DNA of 64,000 nt from Mayamaea pseudoterrestris. Its lineage: Eukaryota. Shown here in pieces: positions 46,770-57,844 of this stretch; position 1 is the stretch's first letter, and each line of letters opens with the position of its first letter. The DNA lies in the NCBI GenBank assembly GCA_027923505.1, contig BROI01000009.1:620001-684000 (forward strand), given 5' to 3'. The position numbers and the translations under genes were made by a program. The notes below the pieces were generated by a model. The model did not search any database and was not told the origin of the DNA. It saw only the letters and a program-made list of their open reading frames with translations.

Positions 46770-48278
46770 TTAAGTTTCTCTCCGTCGTTTCATCAAGTAA
46801 GCGAGAGTGATGGTGGTGCCCATCGCGACTACAGACATTGCCAATGGCATCAAGTGGCCATCCATGCAGGGTAGGACTTGATCAAACTCGTCCTCAGTCC
46901 AGGCAAGTGGGTCAAAGAACCGTTCGCCCGTTGTAAGCACAATGTCTCCGCTGTCGACGCTATGGACATTGACTCGCAGTGTCATGGCATCCCAGTCGAC
47001 TTGCAGCGTTCCAAAGTTTGGTTGAATATAGTAGTTATACTTCACAAGGTAGCGGTGCTTGTGAAACAGATTGAGCAATGGCTCACACAAGGCTCCATAC
47101 TTGCCTTGCTGCGAGCAAACGTGAGTCAGACCTGATGAAGTTACTTCCAAGAACGAGGATCTATGTGTTTGCTCCAGTCGTTGATCATTAAAAGCAGGTG
47201 ACGATGTGGTAGTGATGTTGTCCGCCCCTGCTCGTGGATCTAAAATTTCGCCGTGATGAACGTCACCCGATAATAGCACAGCACCCGAAATATTGCTCAA
47301 GAGCTTTACTAAGCGGCGACGTTCGTCCGGAAAGTGCCCCCAGCTTTCCATGGCAGGATTTGTGGTTAAGACTTGGACGCTGCTCACTATAACATGCACG
47401 GCTGCTTTGGAGTTGCGTAACTCAGTCTCAAGCCAGTTCCATTGCTCTGCACCAAGCATTGTGCGATTCTTGGGACAAACCGAATCAATCAAACCAGCCG
47501 ACAGCCATCGCAAGGCGCAAGCTATCGCAGCTCCCATTGGTAGTTTCGTAGCGACGCTGGGCAAGCAGTAATCCTCCCGATGCCACCGCGTGTCGAGAGA
47601 AATCACCATGACTTGACGAGGTGGTATGCCAAAGGTGGCACTCGAGTACACGCCGTCTCGTGGTCTCGTCGCATCGGTGGAAAGGTTTCGACCCAAAAAA
47701 TGCCAGTAGGCAGCCGCACGATCATGACGATCTGGCATTTGATTTCCCATATCGTTGGCACCGTAGCTGATGAATGGAAACGTCATCACGTGAGGATCTG
47801 CGAGCAATGCATCCATGCATGAATGCTTTGTCCCGAATCTGCTGCCAAAGACCACACACATAGATTTGACTCACTCATGATCATCCCATGTTCCAAGAAC
47901 AATCTTGTTTCGAATAAATTCTCCATAACCAAGAGTCGCGTTTGCCTTCATATTGTCATATTCTCGTCGCAAGAGTTCGACGGGTGCAATGCCACGCATC
48001 GGCGGATAAATGGCATCTCCCGTCCATAACCACACCGGAATATGTTTTGGAATGTTTCGAAAAGCATTCTTATGCGTGTGCGGTAGGTGTTGTTTTTTTC
48101 GCGACTTTGCCTTGTGACAGGAACCAAAGGCCAACTCCGAGATTTGTTGCGAGGGAAATTCAAAGTCGACTGCTCGAACTACTGTGAAGGCTATTATTTG
48201 AACCAAGATACGAATGAAGGTAATTATTTGATGGCCAGCATGCTTTCGTCGTGTGGGTGACAGCGATGGAATCCTCAT
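46770..48278 (-). CDS. phoD: PhoD-family alkaline phosphatase with C-terminal membrane anchor (exons 48278-47875, 47766-46770)
   Basis: AFGSC, WLWTGDAIY, GTWDDHD|YGAND (after the 47874-47767 intron), LDTRWHR, MLGAEQWNWLE, ESWGHFP, LSGDVHHG, EVTSSGLTH, NFG. Hydrophobic N- and C-termini. Confidence 0.92.
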
Positions 48279-48645
48279 GGTCACGCGCTTGTGTTGTCGT
48301 CGCAAATCTTTGTCATTTCAAGCGGCAATGAATGAGGATCCAATGACGTCATTTCAGCAGGTTCGTTTCGGCTGCTCCAAGGCGAATCTTTGAGATGGAT
48401 GATGACCCCTCCTTTGCTCCTGAAAATGGACGCTTGGGAGGAGGACATTTCTCGACCTCTCGTTCGCAAGCTCCACGACTTGGCGCGCCATCGCAAAGAT
48501 CGGAGGTCAACTTCTCGCGAGGTGCACCACATTCCACATTCGAACTCTCGTGTAACTCTTGCTCCGACGGATCTCTCAACGCTTCTACGGTAGTACAGCC
48601 GATTTATTGAATCTTAAATCATCATTTCTAAATTAGAAAGCACCA
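48279..48645. promoter_or_regulatory. Putative bidirectional promoter of phoD/SQD1 with two YGAATCTH boxes (48383-48390, 48608-48615)
   Basis: 367-bp spacer between divergent starts containing CGAATCTT and TGAATCTT. These match the motif I recall for the diatom Myb factor PSR. Confidence 0.5.
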
Positions 48646-50034
48646 ATGAAGGTCTTTGGCTTGTTAGCAACGACTGTAACAGTCGCCTCATCCTTCTCCT
48701 TGACACCGCATCGACTGACGACTGTCAAATCAACAACGCTTCTTCACGCCGAAGGGACTCCTAATGGAAGCAGCACCAATGGCGAAGCCAAGAAGAAGGT
48801 TATGATTCTAGGAGGCGATGGCTTCTGTGGATGGCCAACGTCATTGTATCTGTCAGACCAAGGGCATGAGGTTGTCATTGTTGACAATCTGTCGCGTCGA
48901 AAGATTGACTTGGATTTGGGATGCGATTCTCTTACGCCAATTCAATCCATGGAAGTTCGTACACAAGCATGGAAGGAAGTGTCTGGCAAGAGTATTGGAT
49001 TTGTTAATTTAGACGTTGCCAAGGAGTATGACTTGTTGGTTGAGCTGATCCGACAGGAGCGACCCGACTCGATTGTTCACTTTGCCGAGCAGCGCGCTGC
49101 ACCTTACAGCATGAAGAATTCCAAAACAAAGCGATACACGGTCGATAATAACGTTGGTGGAAGCAACAACTTGTGCTGCGCCGTCATTGAGAGTGAAGTC
49201 GATGCGCACATTGTGCACTTGGGAACCATGGGTGTGTACGGGTATGGAACATCTGGAGGAGAAATTCCGGAAGGATACATTGATGTCACCTTGCCGGGTG
49301 GACGCGAAAGCAACATTTTGCATCCGGCATATCCTGGATCTGTCTATCATGCGACCAAGTGCTTGGATGCCTTGCTTTGGCAGTTTTACCAAAAGAACGA
49401 TCAGCTCCGCATCACTGACCTTCATCAAGGGATTGTTTGGGGTACCAACACCCCACAAACGGCTCTGGATGAGCGACTTGTCAATCGTTTTGACTATGAC
49501 GGCGACTATGGAACCGTTTTGAACCGATTTCTCATGCAGGGAGCCCTAGGCGTTCCACTCACTGTCTACGGCACGGGCGGCCAAACAAGAGCATTCATCC
49601 ACATTTCCGACACGGCTCGCTGCATTGAACTCGCCGTCAATAACCCACCCGCCTCGGGCGACCGTGTTGAAATCTTCAATCAAATAGCCGAGACACGCAA
49701 GGTTCGCGACATTGCTCAGCTTGTGGCCGACATGACGGGCGTCGACGTCAACTTTATTCCAAACCCTCGCCAAGAAGCTGCCGAAAATGAACTTGACGTT
49801 GCCAACAAGAAGTTTTGCAACCTTGGATTGGACCCCATTACGCTCGATACAGGCTTGTTTGACGAAGTTACCGAGGTTGTAAAAAAATACAAGTCGCGAT
49901 GCAATCCAGTCAAAATTCTGCCGGCCTCCTTTTGGAACAAGAAGCGTGCCGAGGAGTGTGCCAGCATTGATCCAAATAGCATCAAAATCAAGGAGGAAGA
50001 AGGTGCGACGGCAGAGCCAGCGGCGGCGAGTTGA
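48646..50034 (+). CDS. SQD1: UDP-sulfoquinovose synthase, plastid-targeted
   Basis: GGDGFCGWPT, DNLSRR, HFAEQRAAPYSM, HLGTMGVYGY, YHATK, DLHQGIVWG, RFDYDGDYGTVLNRF, NPRQEA. Signal peptide ending ASS-F. Confidence 0.97.
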   Translation: MKVFGLLATTVTVASSFSLTPHRLTTVKSTTLLHAEGTPNGSSTNGEAKKKVMILGGDGFCGWPTSLYLSDQGHEVVIVDNLSRRKIDLDLGCDSLTPIQSMEVRTQAWKEVSGKSIGFVNLDVAKEYDLLVELIRQERPDSIVHFAEQRAAPYSMKNSKTKRYTVDNNVGGSNNLCCAVIESEVDAHIVHLGTMGVYGYGTSGGEIPEGYIDVTLPGGRESNILHPAYPGSVYHATKCLDALLWQFYQKNDQLRITDLHQGIVWGTNTPQTALDERLVNRFDYDGDYGTVLNRFLMQGALGVPLTVYGTGGQTRAFIHISDTARCIELAVNNPPASGDRVEIFNQIAETRKVRDIAQLVADMTGVDVNFIPNPRQEAAENELDVANKKFCNLGLDPITLDTGLFDEVTEVVKKYKSRCNPVKILPASFWNKKRAEECASIDPNSIKIKEEEGATAEPAAAS

Positions 50035-50232
50035 GTAGCTTCGTTTTAACTTGCTACTGTAGCCATGATTCTTGTTCATGTGACGTTCAAGACAATTACA
50101 CACAATGAGATCATGTATATATGTTGTGAGTTTGCATCGTTCGTCTTCATCGTGATGAACAGACGCGATCAAACCGTGTCGGTTGCACCATTGTCAACCA
50201 ATGAAACCTTTCGTAGTCATTGGCCGGTCTTG

Positions 50233-50449
50233 CGAAACGAGTGCCAGTGTCAATTTCGTCACAAGGCAATAGTACGAAACGAGTGCCAGTGTCAATTACG
50301 TCACAAGGCAATAGTACGAAACGAGTGCCAGTGTCAATTACGTCACAAGGCAATAGTATGAAACGAGTGCCAGTGTCAAACACGTCACAAGGCTATAGTA
50401 CGAAACGAGTGCCAGTGTCAATTTGCGTCATAAGGCTATAATACGAAAC
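50233..50449. repeat. Intergenic minisatellite, 42-bp unit x5 plus partial
   Basis: cgaaacgagtgccagtgtcaattacgtcacaaggcaatagta starts at 50233, 50275, 50317, 50359 and 50401, with a partial copy at 50444. Confidence 0.97.
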
Positions 50450-50952
50450 AAGATCGGGCACGACCCGCGCGATGCAACGTACAAGGGCATATCGCTGGCG
50501 TTGCCAAAGCGATGCACACGCATTACAACCTTCTTGGTGCTCCGTGATTAAGCAGCCATGCCGATGAAGGGAAGGTTCACCTGAGTATCAAGGCCTTGTT
50601 CAAGTTGTTGGCGTCGACACTGGAACGTCCGTGACCTTTGTGAAGCTTTGCTAGAGCAGCACTAAACAGCAGAGCACTGGTCGCATTGACTGAGCAGGTA
50701 CTAACAGTAAAGGATCACGCTCGACGGAACTCCAGTGTCACACAAGCAGACAGTCCTGGATCCTAAGCAGCAGTCAAGCTAGTCCCATCAGTGACAGCAA
50801 ACTCTCTTGAAGAATTCAAACTAGCGGGAACAGCACGACTCAACTATTCATCGAGATTGTTCGACTCCCTCGTGTGTCACCTTGAACTGAAGGCAAAGCA
50901 GCTCGCACCGATCAATCATACTTCTCTCGCAGGCTTCATCATTTTAGCAACC

Positions 50953-52512
50953 ATGAACTCCATGCTCCTAGCAGCCTCGTCAGGCTTTAGTCCACGAAGC
51001 GGACAGCTGCACTCAAGCAGCAAGAGGTCAACTGCATCATCGTTGCATCATCAAGCGTCAAACGCCTTGACGGAATCATTTCTCTCGCCTCGACCTGCAC
51101 GCAACACTGGTGAGGATGATGAGTATCATGAACGACCGGAAACTACTCTTCGTCCCGATTTTTCCTTGCTTGAGGATTTGACATTGTCGCCTCCATTGGC
51201 TGCAGAGAGTGAAGATCAGTCGTCAGACACAGTAAAGAATGTTTCGGCTTCAACAAGCTCGAATCAACAAAGCAAACTTCCCAGCGCACCACCACTGTTT
51301 CAATTGCCGCCCCGACGCGATGCATCGCGTTCAACTTTTTCTTGGAAACGGTCGCAGCCGAAAATTGCAGCATGGGACGTTGCATCTGTTGGAAACGCTT
51401 CGGATACCATGGTGCCGGTTGCTGTCAAGAATGCGAATGAGAAGCAAACACACTTTTCTCCTCCTCAACCCGCAAAGGAAGCTGCAACATCGTGTCACTA
51501 CAGCAGCGGCCGCGACTTGCACGAGTCTGCCAAGCTGCTTTTGAATCAGGGCCACTACGATCAAGCGCTTCAAGCCTTTCAAGCCATACTATGCGCACAA
51601 ACGGCCCGCTTTGGCGTTATGCACGCATCCGTCGGTGCAGCCACTCACAATGTTGGAGTGTGCCACTTACGGCGGCTCGACTATAAACAAGCAGAAGTAA
51701 GTTTGGAGCGAGCCGTTGCAGTTCGGCAGGAAACGCTTGGATGCGAGCATTTGGAAGTGGCAGCGTCTCTCAGTAAACTAGGTGCTGCGCGAGCAGCCTT
51801 GCGCAAGTACGATGATGCGTTTGATAATATATTGCAGGCGATTCGTATTGCCAAGGACCAACTGGGACGCGAGCACAAGACCGTAGCGCAACTGTACTGC
51901 CATTTGGGCTGTTTTTACTACGAAGCTGGCGAGTTGTACGCGGCGCAGGCAACCTTTATGGAAGCGTATGAAATTTATCGGGCAGCCTGGCCTAACGTTT
52001 CCAATCGGGACGGGCTCACGCAGCAAATGTGCGACACACTCTGCAACGTCGGCTCCATTCAAAGCAAGCGCAAACGATTCGGGGACGCCATTTTGACGTT
52101 TACCGAGGCACTCGATTTGCAGCGAGGAATCTTGGTGCAAGATCACCCGCGAGTCATTGCGACGCTCGACAATCTGGCCTTTGCATTTTCTAAAGGCAAG
52201 GAGCACTCCAAAGCGTCACACTGCTACAAGAGTATGCTACAGTCGCAGCTGTCTAATGACAGGAACATCTTTTCTGATGCCGCAATGGACTCATTTTGCA
52301 AAATGATGCTCATGTACGAGAAAAGTAAGCGATACACTGACGCCATTGCCTGTGCCCAGGAAACGCTGGTCATTGCTTCAAGCCGACTACCACCGTCGCA
52401 CAAGATTTTGCATCAGATCAGCGAGCTCATTGCCGTTTTGGAGAAGAAAGCCAAAAAGACGAAGCCGCAAACTTATGCTGCTAAAGAACAGCCGCTTTCG
52501 AATAAAAAATGA
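50953..52512 (+). CDS. TPR-repeat protein (kinesin light chain/nephrocystin-3-like repeats)
   Basis: Disordered Ser-rich N-terminus, then repeats such as HASVGAATHNVG, HLEVAASLSKLG, HKTVAQLYCHLG and HPRVIATLDNLA. Confidence 0.85.
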   Translation: MNSMLLAASSGFSPRSGQLHSSSKRSTASSLHHQASNALTESFLSPRPARNTGEDDEYHERPETTLRPDFSLLEDLTLSPPLAAESEDQSSDTVKNVSASTSSNQQSKLPSAPPLFQLPPRRDASRSTFSWKRSQPKIAAWDVASVGNASDTMVPVAVKNANEKQTHFSPPQPAKEAATSCHYSSGRDLHESAKLLLNQGHYDQALQAFQAILCAQTARFGVMHASVGAATHNVGVCHLRRLDYKQAEVSLERAVAVRQETLGCEHLEVAASLSKLGAARAALRKYDDAFDNILQAIRIAKDQLGREHKTVAQLYCHLGCFYYEAGELYAAQATFMEAYEIYRAAWPNVSNRDGLTQQMCDTLCNVGSIQSKRKRFGDAILTFTEALDLQRGILVQDHPRVIATLDNLAFAFSKGKEHSKASHCYKSMLQSQLSNDRNIFSDAAMDSFCKMMLMYEKSKRYTDAIACAQETLVIASSRLPPSHKILHQISELIAVLEKKAKKTKPQTYAAKEQPLSNKK

Positions 52513-52655
52513 GGAAGCGAGGTTCCTCCAATTGCACTATTACTGTTCCGTAACTTTCCTTTTCGCAAAGGATGTGATATGTTTGCTATGTATAAATAAG
52601 GTGTTTTATTATATTAGTAATCTTTTAATGAAATAAAATAACGTTTATTGTCTCA

Positions 52656-54702
52656 TCATCGCTGAGCGAGAATTTCGAGCATTATTTCGAGAGTTATCTG
52701 TTTTATTCCATCTCTCTTAGATACAATGTCAAAGTTGGCAACCATATACTGCATGCAGACTTCCCGTAGCACATGGCAATGCGCGTCGGAGGCTGTCTGA
52801 AGGAGAAACCCCGCATTGTCCGCGTTTAGATTACGTCGCACAAAAGTGCCGCACATATCTCGCAATCGATCCAAGCGATACAAATCCGACATGATGTAAA
52901 GATCTATCGCATTGTCAAGCTGGATCTTTACGGTGTCGGTGTAGATATATTCCATCAGCAGAAGAAAAATACGTTTCGACATGTTGGGCAAAGCAATCGT
53001 GCGCTCCGAACTTTCGCGCATGCCTGACCGAAACATGGCTGCAAAGTGCTCACAACGCTGCGTTAGAATGGCTCGATGCGCATGTACCTGTTCGCCTTCG
53101 ACAAGGAACGCGACATCCGCGAACTCGTCGTCATTAACAAGTCCCCGCATATGATTTGTGTACGTTGCAGTTACAGCAACAGCGTTCATGGCGCCTGCCG
53201 CACCCACGCGATGGTCCAAAGGTTCAACCAGTGCTGCCGTATGTTCGTTGTAGGACGCAATGCGAACGACGCGATAATCCTTTAGTATCTTTACCAATTG
53301 TGGCACTGCTACTCGCCGACCTGATCCAAGGCCGAGCTTGCCATGATCCGAGTTTCCGAATGTATACAAACGACCCTTGGCTGTTAGCGCCACCGAATGT
53401 GACCATCCACAGGCAATTTGAGATATAAAAACACCTTCCAATGCTATGACAAGGGTTGGCCGGAGCTTGTTCATTCGATCATTATGGCCCAATTGCCCAT
53501 GCTCACCGCCGCCAAAAGAAAACAACTGACCATCCTCAGTGACAACTGCCGAGTGAAACCCGCCGCAGGCGATTTGTCGCGGCTTCTTGCCAACCAATGA
53601 TTCCACCAGTCGAGGACCGTGGCAATTGCTTTCCGTTCCGTGACCAAGTCGACCGAACTTTCCTAAGTCAACAATAGACGCGACATGCTTGTGAGCAAAA
53701 AAGCGAATTACAGATCCTGCCAACAACAAGCGCTCCCATCGACCAATGTTCCTACCTTCACCCCACGTAAATAGCTCATCCGCGTCTGACAAGCATGCCG
53801 AATGGAATCCACACGCCGAGATCCGTACAATCTTTTTTCCGGCCAAATGATCAACAAGCTTCGGAATGCATTGATGGCCTTCTGTATAGCCATGACCAGC
53901 CACACCATTCTCATTATCACCCCACGAGTACGTCGCTCCAGTCGACGTCACAATGACCGTATGCCGGCTTCCGCAAGCAATCTGCGATACCGTGTGTCCA
54001 CCAAGACCTTCGACTCGCTTGGGTACCGAGCTGCCACTTTCATTTCCATGCCCAAGTTTTCCATACATGCCACCGCCCTGACAGAAAGTATGCCATTAGT
54101 GACTGATACATGCACTTCCACGTCATCATAAAGTTCAGACTTACCCAAGTATGCAAAGCTCCATCGCTCGTCACTGCTGCCGTATGATAAGATCCACAAG
54201 TGACTTGCACAACTACTTGACCCGTCAGCGACTGACACAGGCGAGGAACATATTTCCACCCATTGTCTCCATGCCCCAAGCGACCGTCGTCTCCTCGACC
54301 CCAGGTTAAAATCTCGCCATCCGTCGTGAGCGACACTGTATGCCCCGAGCCGCAGGCAATCTGTTTGATCCCAACGCCGCGCAATGCGTCTACGTAGGTT
54401 GGTTCGCCCTGGTCGGCCGTGTCGCCTAATCCAAGCTGACTGATTGATGAAAGGTGAAGGATGTTTAATGAGGTGAAGAGGCTCCGGCTACTAAAACATG
54501 CTCTCATACCTAAATTTCATCATTCCTATAGGATGCACACGTACCCATCTTCTCCTCGTCCCCAGCAGAAGCAAAGAAGCGTATCGTCGTGACTATTGTG
54601 CAGAAGCTGTCGCGGCTGACGCTTAGGAGTCTCGCGCAGACTGCAGCCGGCAGCGACCGACTCGGCCGTCCCTTCCGCATCCGATGAACGTTGGCCAGAC
54701 AT
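52656..54702 (-). CDS. RCC1-repeat and BTB domain protein (exons 54702-54545, 54439-54145, 54077-53756, 53662-52656)
   Basis: Repeated WG.G..G.LG.G / IACG..H motifs, with FCWGRGEDG|QLGLG rebuilt by splicing. C-terminal BTB FADVAFLVEG..HAHRAIL..RCEHFAAMF. Three GT-AG introns, the third 93 bp and stop-free in frame. Confidence 0.9.
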
Positions 54703-55122
54703 TCAAAAGGATTTCGTACAATTGGATAAAGTTTTCTCTGGAAACTAGCTTTCGCGTTGTAGCGAATAGCGACCAAGAAGCAATTTATAACACGCGAGTG
54801 CTGCACAGTACAATGACCTCTGTTGAGATAAAAAGCTACCAGTAGAAACGATGGCTATCGCAATTCAACTTTGAAACTGCAGTTAAAGGGAGTAAATGGT
54901 TTATTGCAGTACATTCAAAAGGATTTCGTACAATTGGATAAAGTTTTCTCTGGAAACTAGCTTTCGCGTTGTAGCGAATAGCGACCAAGAAGCAATTTAT
55001 AACACGCGAGTGCTGCACAGTACAATGACCTCTGTTGAGATAAAAAGCTACCAGTAGAAACGATGGCTATCGCAATTCAACTTTGAAACTGCAGTTAAAG
55101 GGAGTAAATGGTTTATTGCAGT
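54699..55122. repeat. Perfect direct tandem duplication, 2 x 212 bp
   Basis: acattcaaaaggatttcg...gtttattgcagt at 54699-54910 and 54911-55122, with no differences seen. Confidence 0.95.
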
Positions 55123-55427
55123 CAATATAAGGAAGAGATGAGGACACCAAGCGGAATGATGGAATCATGTCGAGTTTGTGTTTCGATTGATGTGCCGTCG
55201 CTACGGTATTGATCTAGCTACCCATACGTACGAATAGCTAAGGTAGGCTGCCTGTAAGAGTAAGTTACAAACAAACACTCTCCGTACCGGTAAGGCAAGC
55301 CGAAACAGATTTCTTGTGGTATTACATTGGTACAATAAAGCCTTCACGCCCGCATGCAGCACCAGTCCTTATGACTAAACTACGAGTATGATGCACCCTG
55401 ACTACAGCCTAAATGTTAGGTACGACG

Positions 55428-56367
55428 TCAGGCCTGCAAATCCTCGGCCAAAACAATCTTGTAGCCATTCGGATCCTTCACGCCCATGACTGTCGATCCA
55501 AACATTGTCGTAGGTTTTATGAAAATTGGAATGTTTGCCTCCGACAAACGTTTATACTCATGCTCCTAGCCTTGCGCGCGTCCGTATCACCAAATGGTCA
55601 AAGCAGTTCCCATGGACCAGAGGTTCGTTGATCGGTTCAAAAACTAGTGTCGTCGACACGCCGCAGCTAGAGTCCATGGCAGGATATCGAAGGCAAAGCA
55701 TATGCTCATCGGCAGCTGCCACTTGCATGCCAAATAAATCTCTGTAAAAGGCAGTCGTGGCTTCCATGTCGTTGGTTCGTAATCCGATGCGACAAAGATA
55801 ATCCCCTGGAGACGAGGTTGCCCATTGTATCGGAAGTCCATTTGGTTCAGGCGGTAGACTTGTTGATGCAGACGATACGAGCGCTTGTATATTTTGGCTG
55901 CCGCCCAATTTTTGAAATTGGAGCAATCGACTGACTCCAATTCTAACCAATACATTGCCCAGATCTATCTTTTCGGCTTTACTAGTCACGACTTCCAATG
56001 CAAACGACTGATTTGTAACGGCCGTTCCATTGCCGAGAGCCAAAAAGGCCGACTTATATTCATCGAATTCGTTCCGTCGACTTGTCAGCAGCGTCGCGCC
56101 AACATGCTTCTGCAAGTACTCAACGGCACCGTCGACGCTTGGAACTTTTAGCATTATATGCGACAGACGATTGCTATAGCTAGTGGAACATTCAGAATCT
56201 GATTCGCTTCTGTGCAAGTGCTGATCTATTATTTGTTTCCTTGTAATGGAACGAGATAGTTGTTGTATGAAGCATCGACGAGGCGTGGAGAAGCCAAAGA
56301 ACGCTGTCACGGATGGGAATAGCAAGAGCCATATCAACATATCAAAGTAGTAGTGAGCCGTCATCAT
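55428..56367 (-). CDS. Two-domain glyoxalase I/VOC-family protein, plastid-targeted, with a frameshift near 55565
   Basis: LSHIMLKV, FALEV, FYRDLFGM, CFDHLVI. The C-terminus EHEYKRL...KDPNGYKIVL...* continues in a different frame to a stop at 55428. Signal peptide ending VTA-F. Confidence 0.75.
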
Positions 56368-56614
56368 CAGGGTAATTTCTCGTTGCTGTTGACTTGAGAG
56401 CTTGAGAGATTGCGACGTTGCAATCCATTGGCTTCACCGGATTTCGAACGATCCATCAACGAGCCAGCCAAGTCATCAACGGACATATGCACGTGCTTAC
56501 TTAGAGACACATTGTTTCGATAAAAATGAAACGGCTTGCATTGCAAGGGGACGACAGCGACCAAAACCAGGCAAGAGATCATCGTTTGAGGTTCCAATCC
56601 ACGTAGCAAGTAGC

Positions 56615-57844
56615 ATGACAAGTAGCACGACAAGGAGTTATGCCAACTCGATGGAGTACGTTAACGAAAGCGAGTATGATGCTTTGACAGACTCGTCGTC
56701 GCGATCCACGTCGCCAGCCTTTTCGGTTTCAGATCGGTTGGAACGGCGACGACAGAAACGAACAAACGTACTACTTATCGGCGTGGTGTCACTTGTTGGC
56801 ATGCTATTGGTGCTCCAATACTCGACGGTTGTGACATCTGAAACGAGCACGACCATTACTTCGCCAAAGCTCTCGCCATCTCCAGAACAGGAACCACTAT
56901 CCAGCTTCATTCACCCAACCAACGGCACCGTCTACGCCAACGATCATGTTCGAAAACTGATTGACTTTGCCATTGTTGGGAATGCCAAGTGTGGAACAAC
57001 TTTTCTACAGCAGCGTCTTGGTCGGAACCCCGACATTAGCATGTACAAACACGAACTGCGGTACCTTCAACACCGAGACGTGGCTGGCATGGCGCAAGCC
57101 ATGTACGACTTGGATCATACCAAGTTGCGCGGATTTAAGTGCCCTAATGATCTTGGTCGCAGGGTGTCGCTCGATGCTTTGCGCACGTATTGGCCAGACA
57201 CGAAATTGATCGTTGGTGTGCGGCATCCGGTTTCGCACTTTGAGTCATGGTATAACTACTTTACGCGAAAGAACAGAACTCTAGCACCAGCAATACAAAT
57301 GACCAACAACTTGCCCGACTTTTCCATGTTTCATGGTCGACTGTCAATGCTAGGCAAGACTAACACTCGCGACCCTGACGAGGCAACACTCTTGAATCAC
57401 TACCGAGACCAACAATTGCCGCGCATGCCGAATCCAGTCTTCTTGTATGAAATCACGCAAATGTTTGACCCGCAGTTTCAAAATGATTTTTCCGAGTACT
57501 TGGGATTAAAGACTCCCTTTCGCACCGAGGACGAACCTCCGCAGTTTTCATATAGGCGGCGCATGAAGCGATACTTCAAAGGCAAAAAGGCAAAACCGAC
57601 CCGAGTGTCACCCAACTATAACTTTGCTATCGATGTTTGCGAAGACCAATACATTGAACTGCGGAAGAATCTCATGGAGAACGGCGGGCGAGCTGCCAAA
57701 TGGATCAAGGATTACTTTTTGAAAGCATCAGACGTGACTGTCTCTAATCAAACCCATTTTCTGACGCTGCTCGATACCTGGACAATCGATCCATGCATTA
57801 AACGAAAGGCGATTGCGGCAAAAGCATCGAGTAAGAGACAGTGA
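56615..57844 (+). CDS. Type II membrane sulfotransferase-like protein
   Basis: TM VLLIGVVSLVGMLLVL. 5'-PSB loop DFAIVGNAKCGTT, GFKCP, and 3'-PB KLIVGVRHPV..FES.YN. Confidence 0.85.
   Translation: MTSSTTRSYANSMEYVNESEYDALTDSSSRSTSPAFSVSDRLERRRQKRTNVLLIGVVSLVGMLLVLQYSTVVTSETSTTITSPKLSPSPEQEPLSSFIHPTNGTVYANDHVRKLIDFAIVGNAKCGTTFLQQRLGRNPDISMYKHELRYLQHRDVAGMAQAMYDLDHTKLRGFKCPNDLGRRVSLDALRTYWPDTKLIVGVRHPVSHFESWYNYFTRKNRTLAPAIQMTNNLPDFSMFHGRLSMLGKTNTRDPDEATLLNHYRDQQLPRMPNPVFLYEITQMFDPQFQNDFSEYLGLKTPFRTEDEPPQFSYRRRMKRYFKGKKAKPTRVSPNYNFAIDVCEDQYIELRKNLMENGGRAAKWIKDYFLKASDVTVSNQTHFLTLLDTWTIDPCIKRKAIAAKASSKRQ

Noticed and set aside
50233..50449. CRISPR array or repeat-encoded peptides (ORFs 50065-50361, 50147-50383, 50220-50441)
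   Set aside because: No spacers. The ORFs are open only because the 42-bp unit is a multiple of three and lacks stops in those frames.
54510..55018. Duplicated MQHSRVINC... ORFs as paralogous genes
   Set aside because: By-products of the 212-bp duplication. The RCC1 first exon is in a different frame, starting at 54702.
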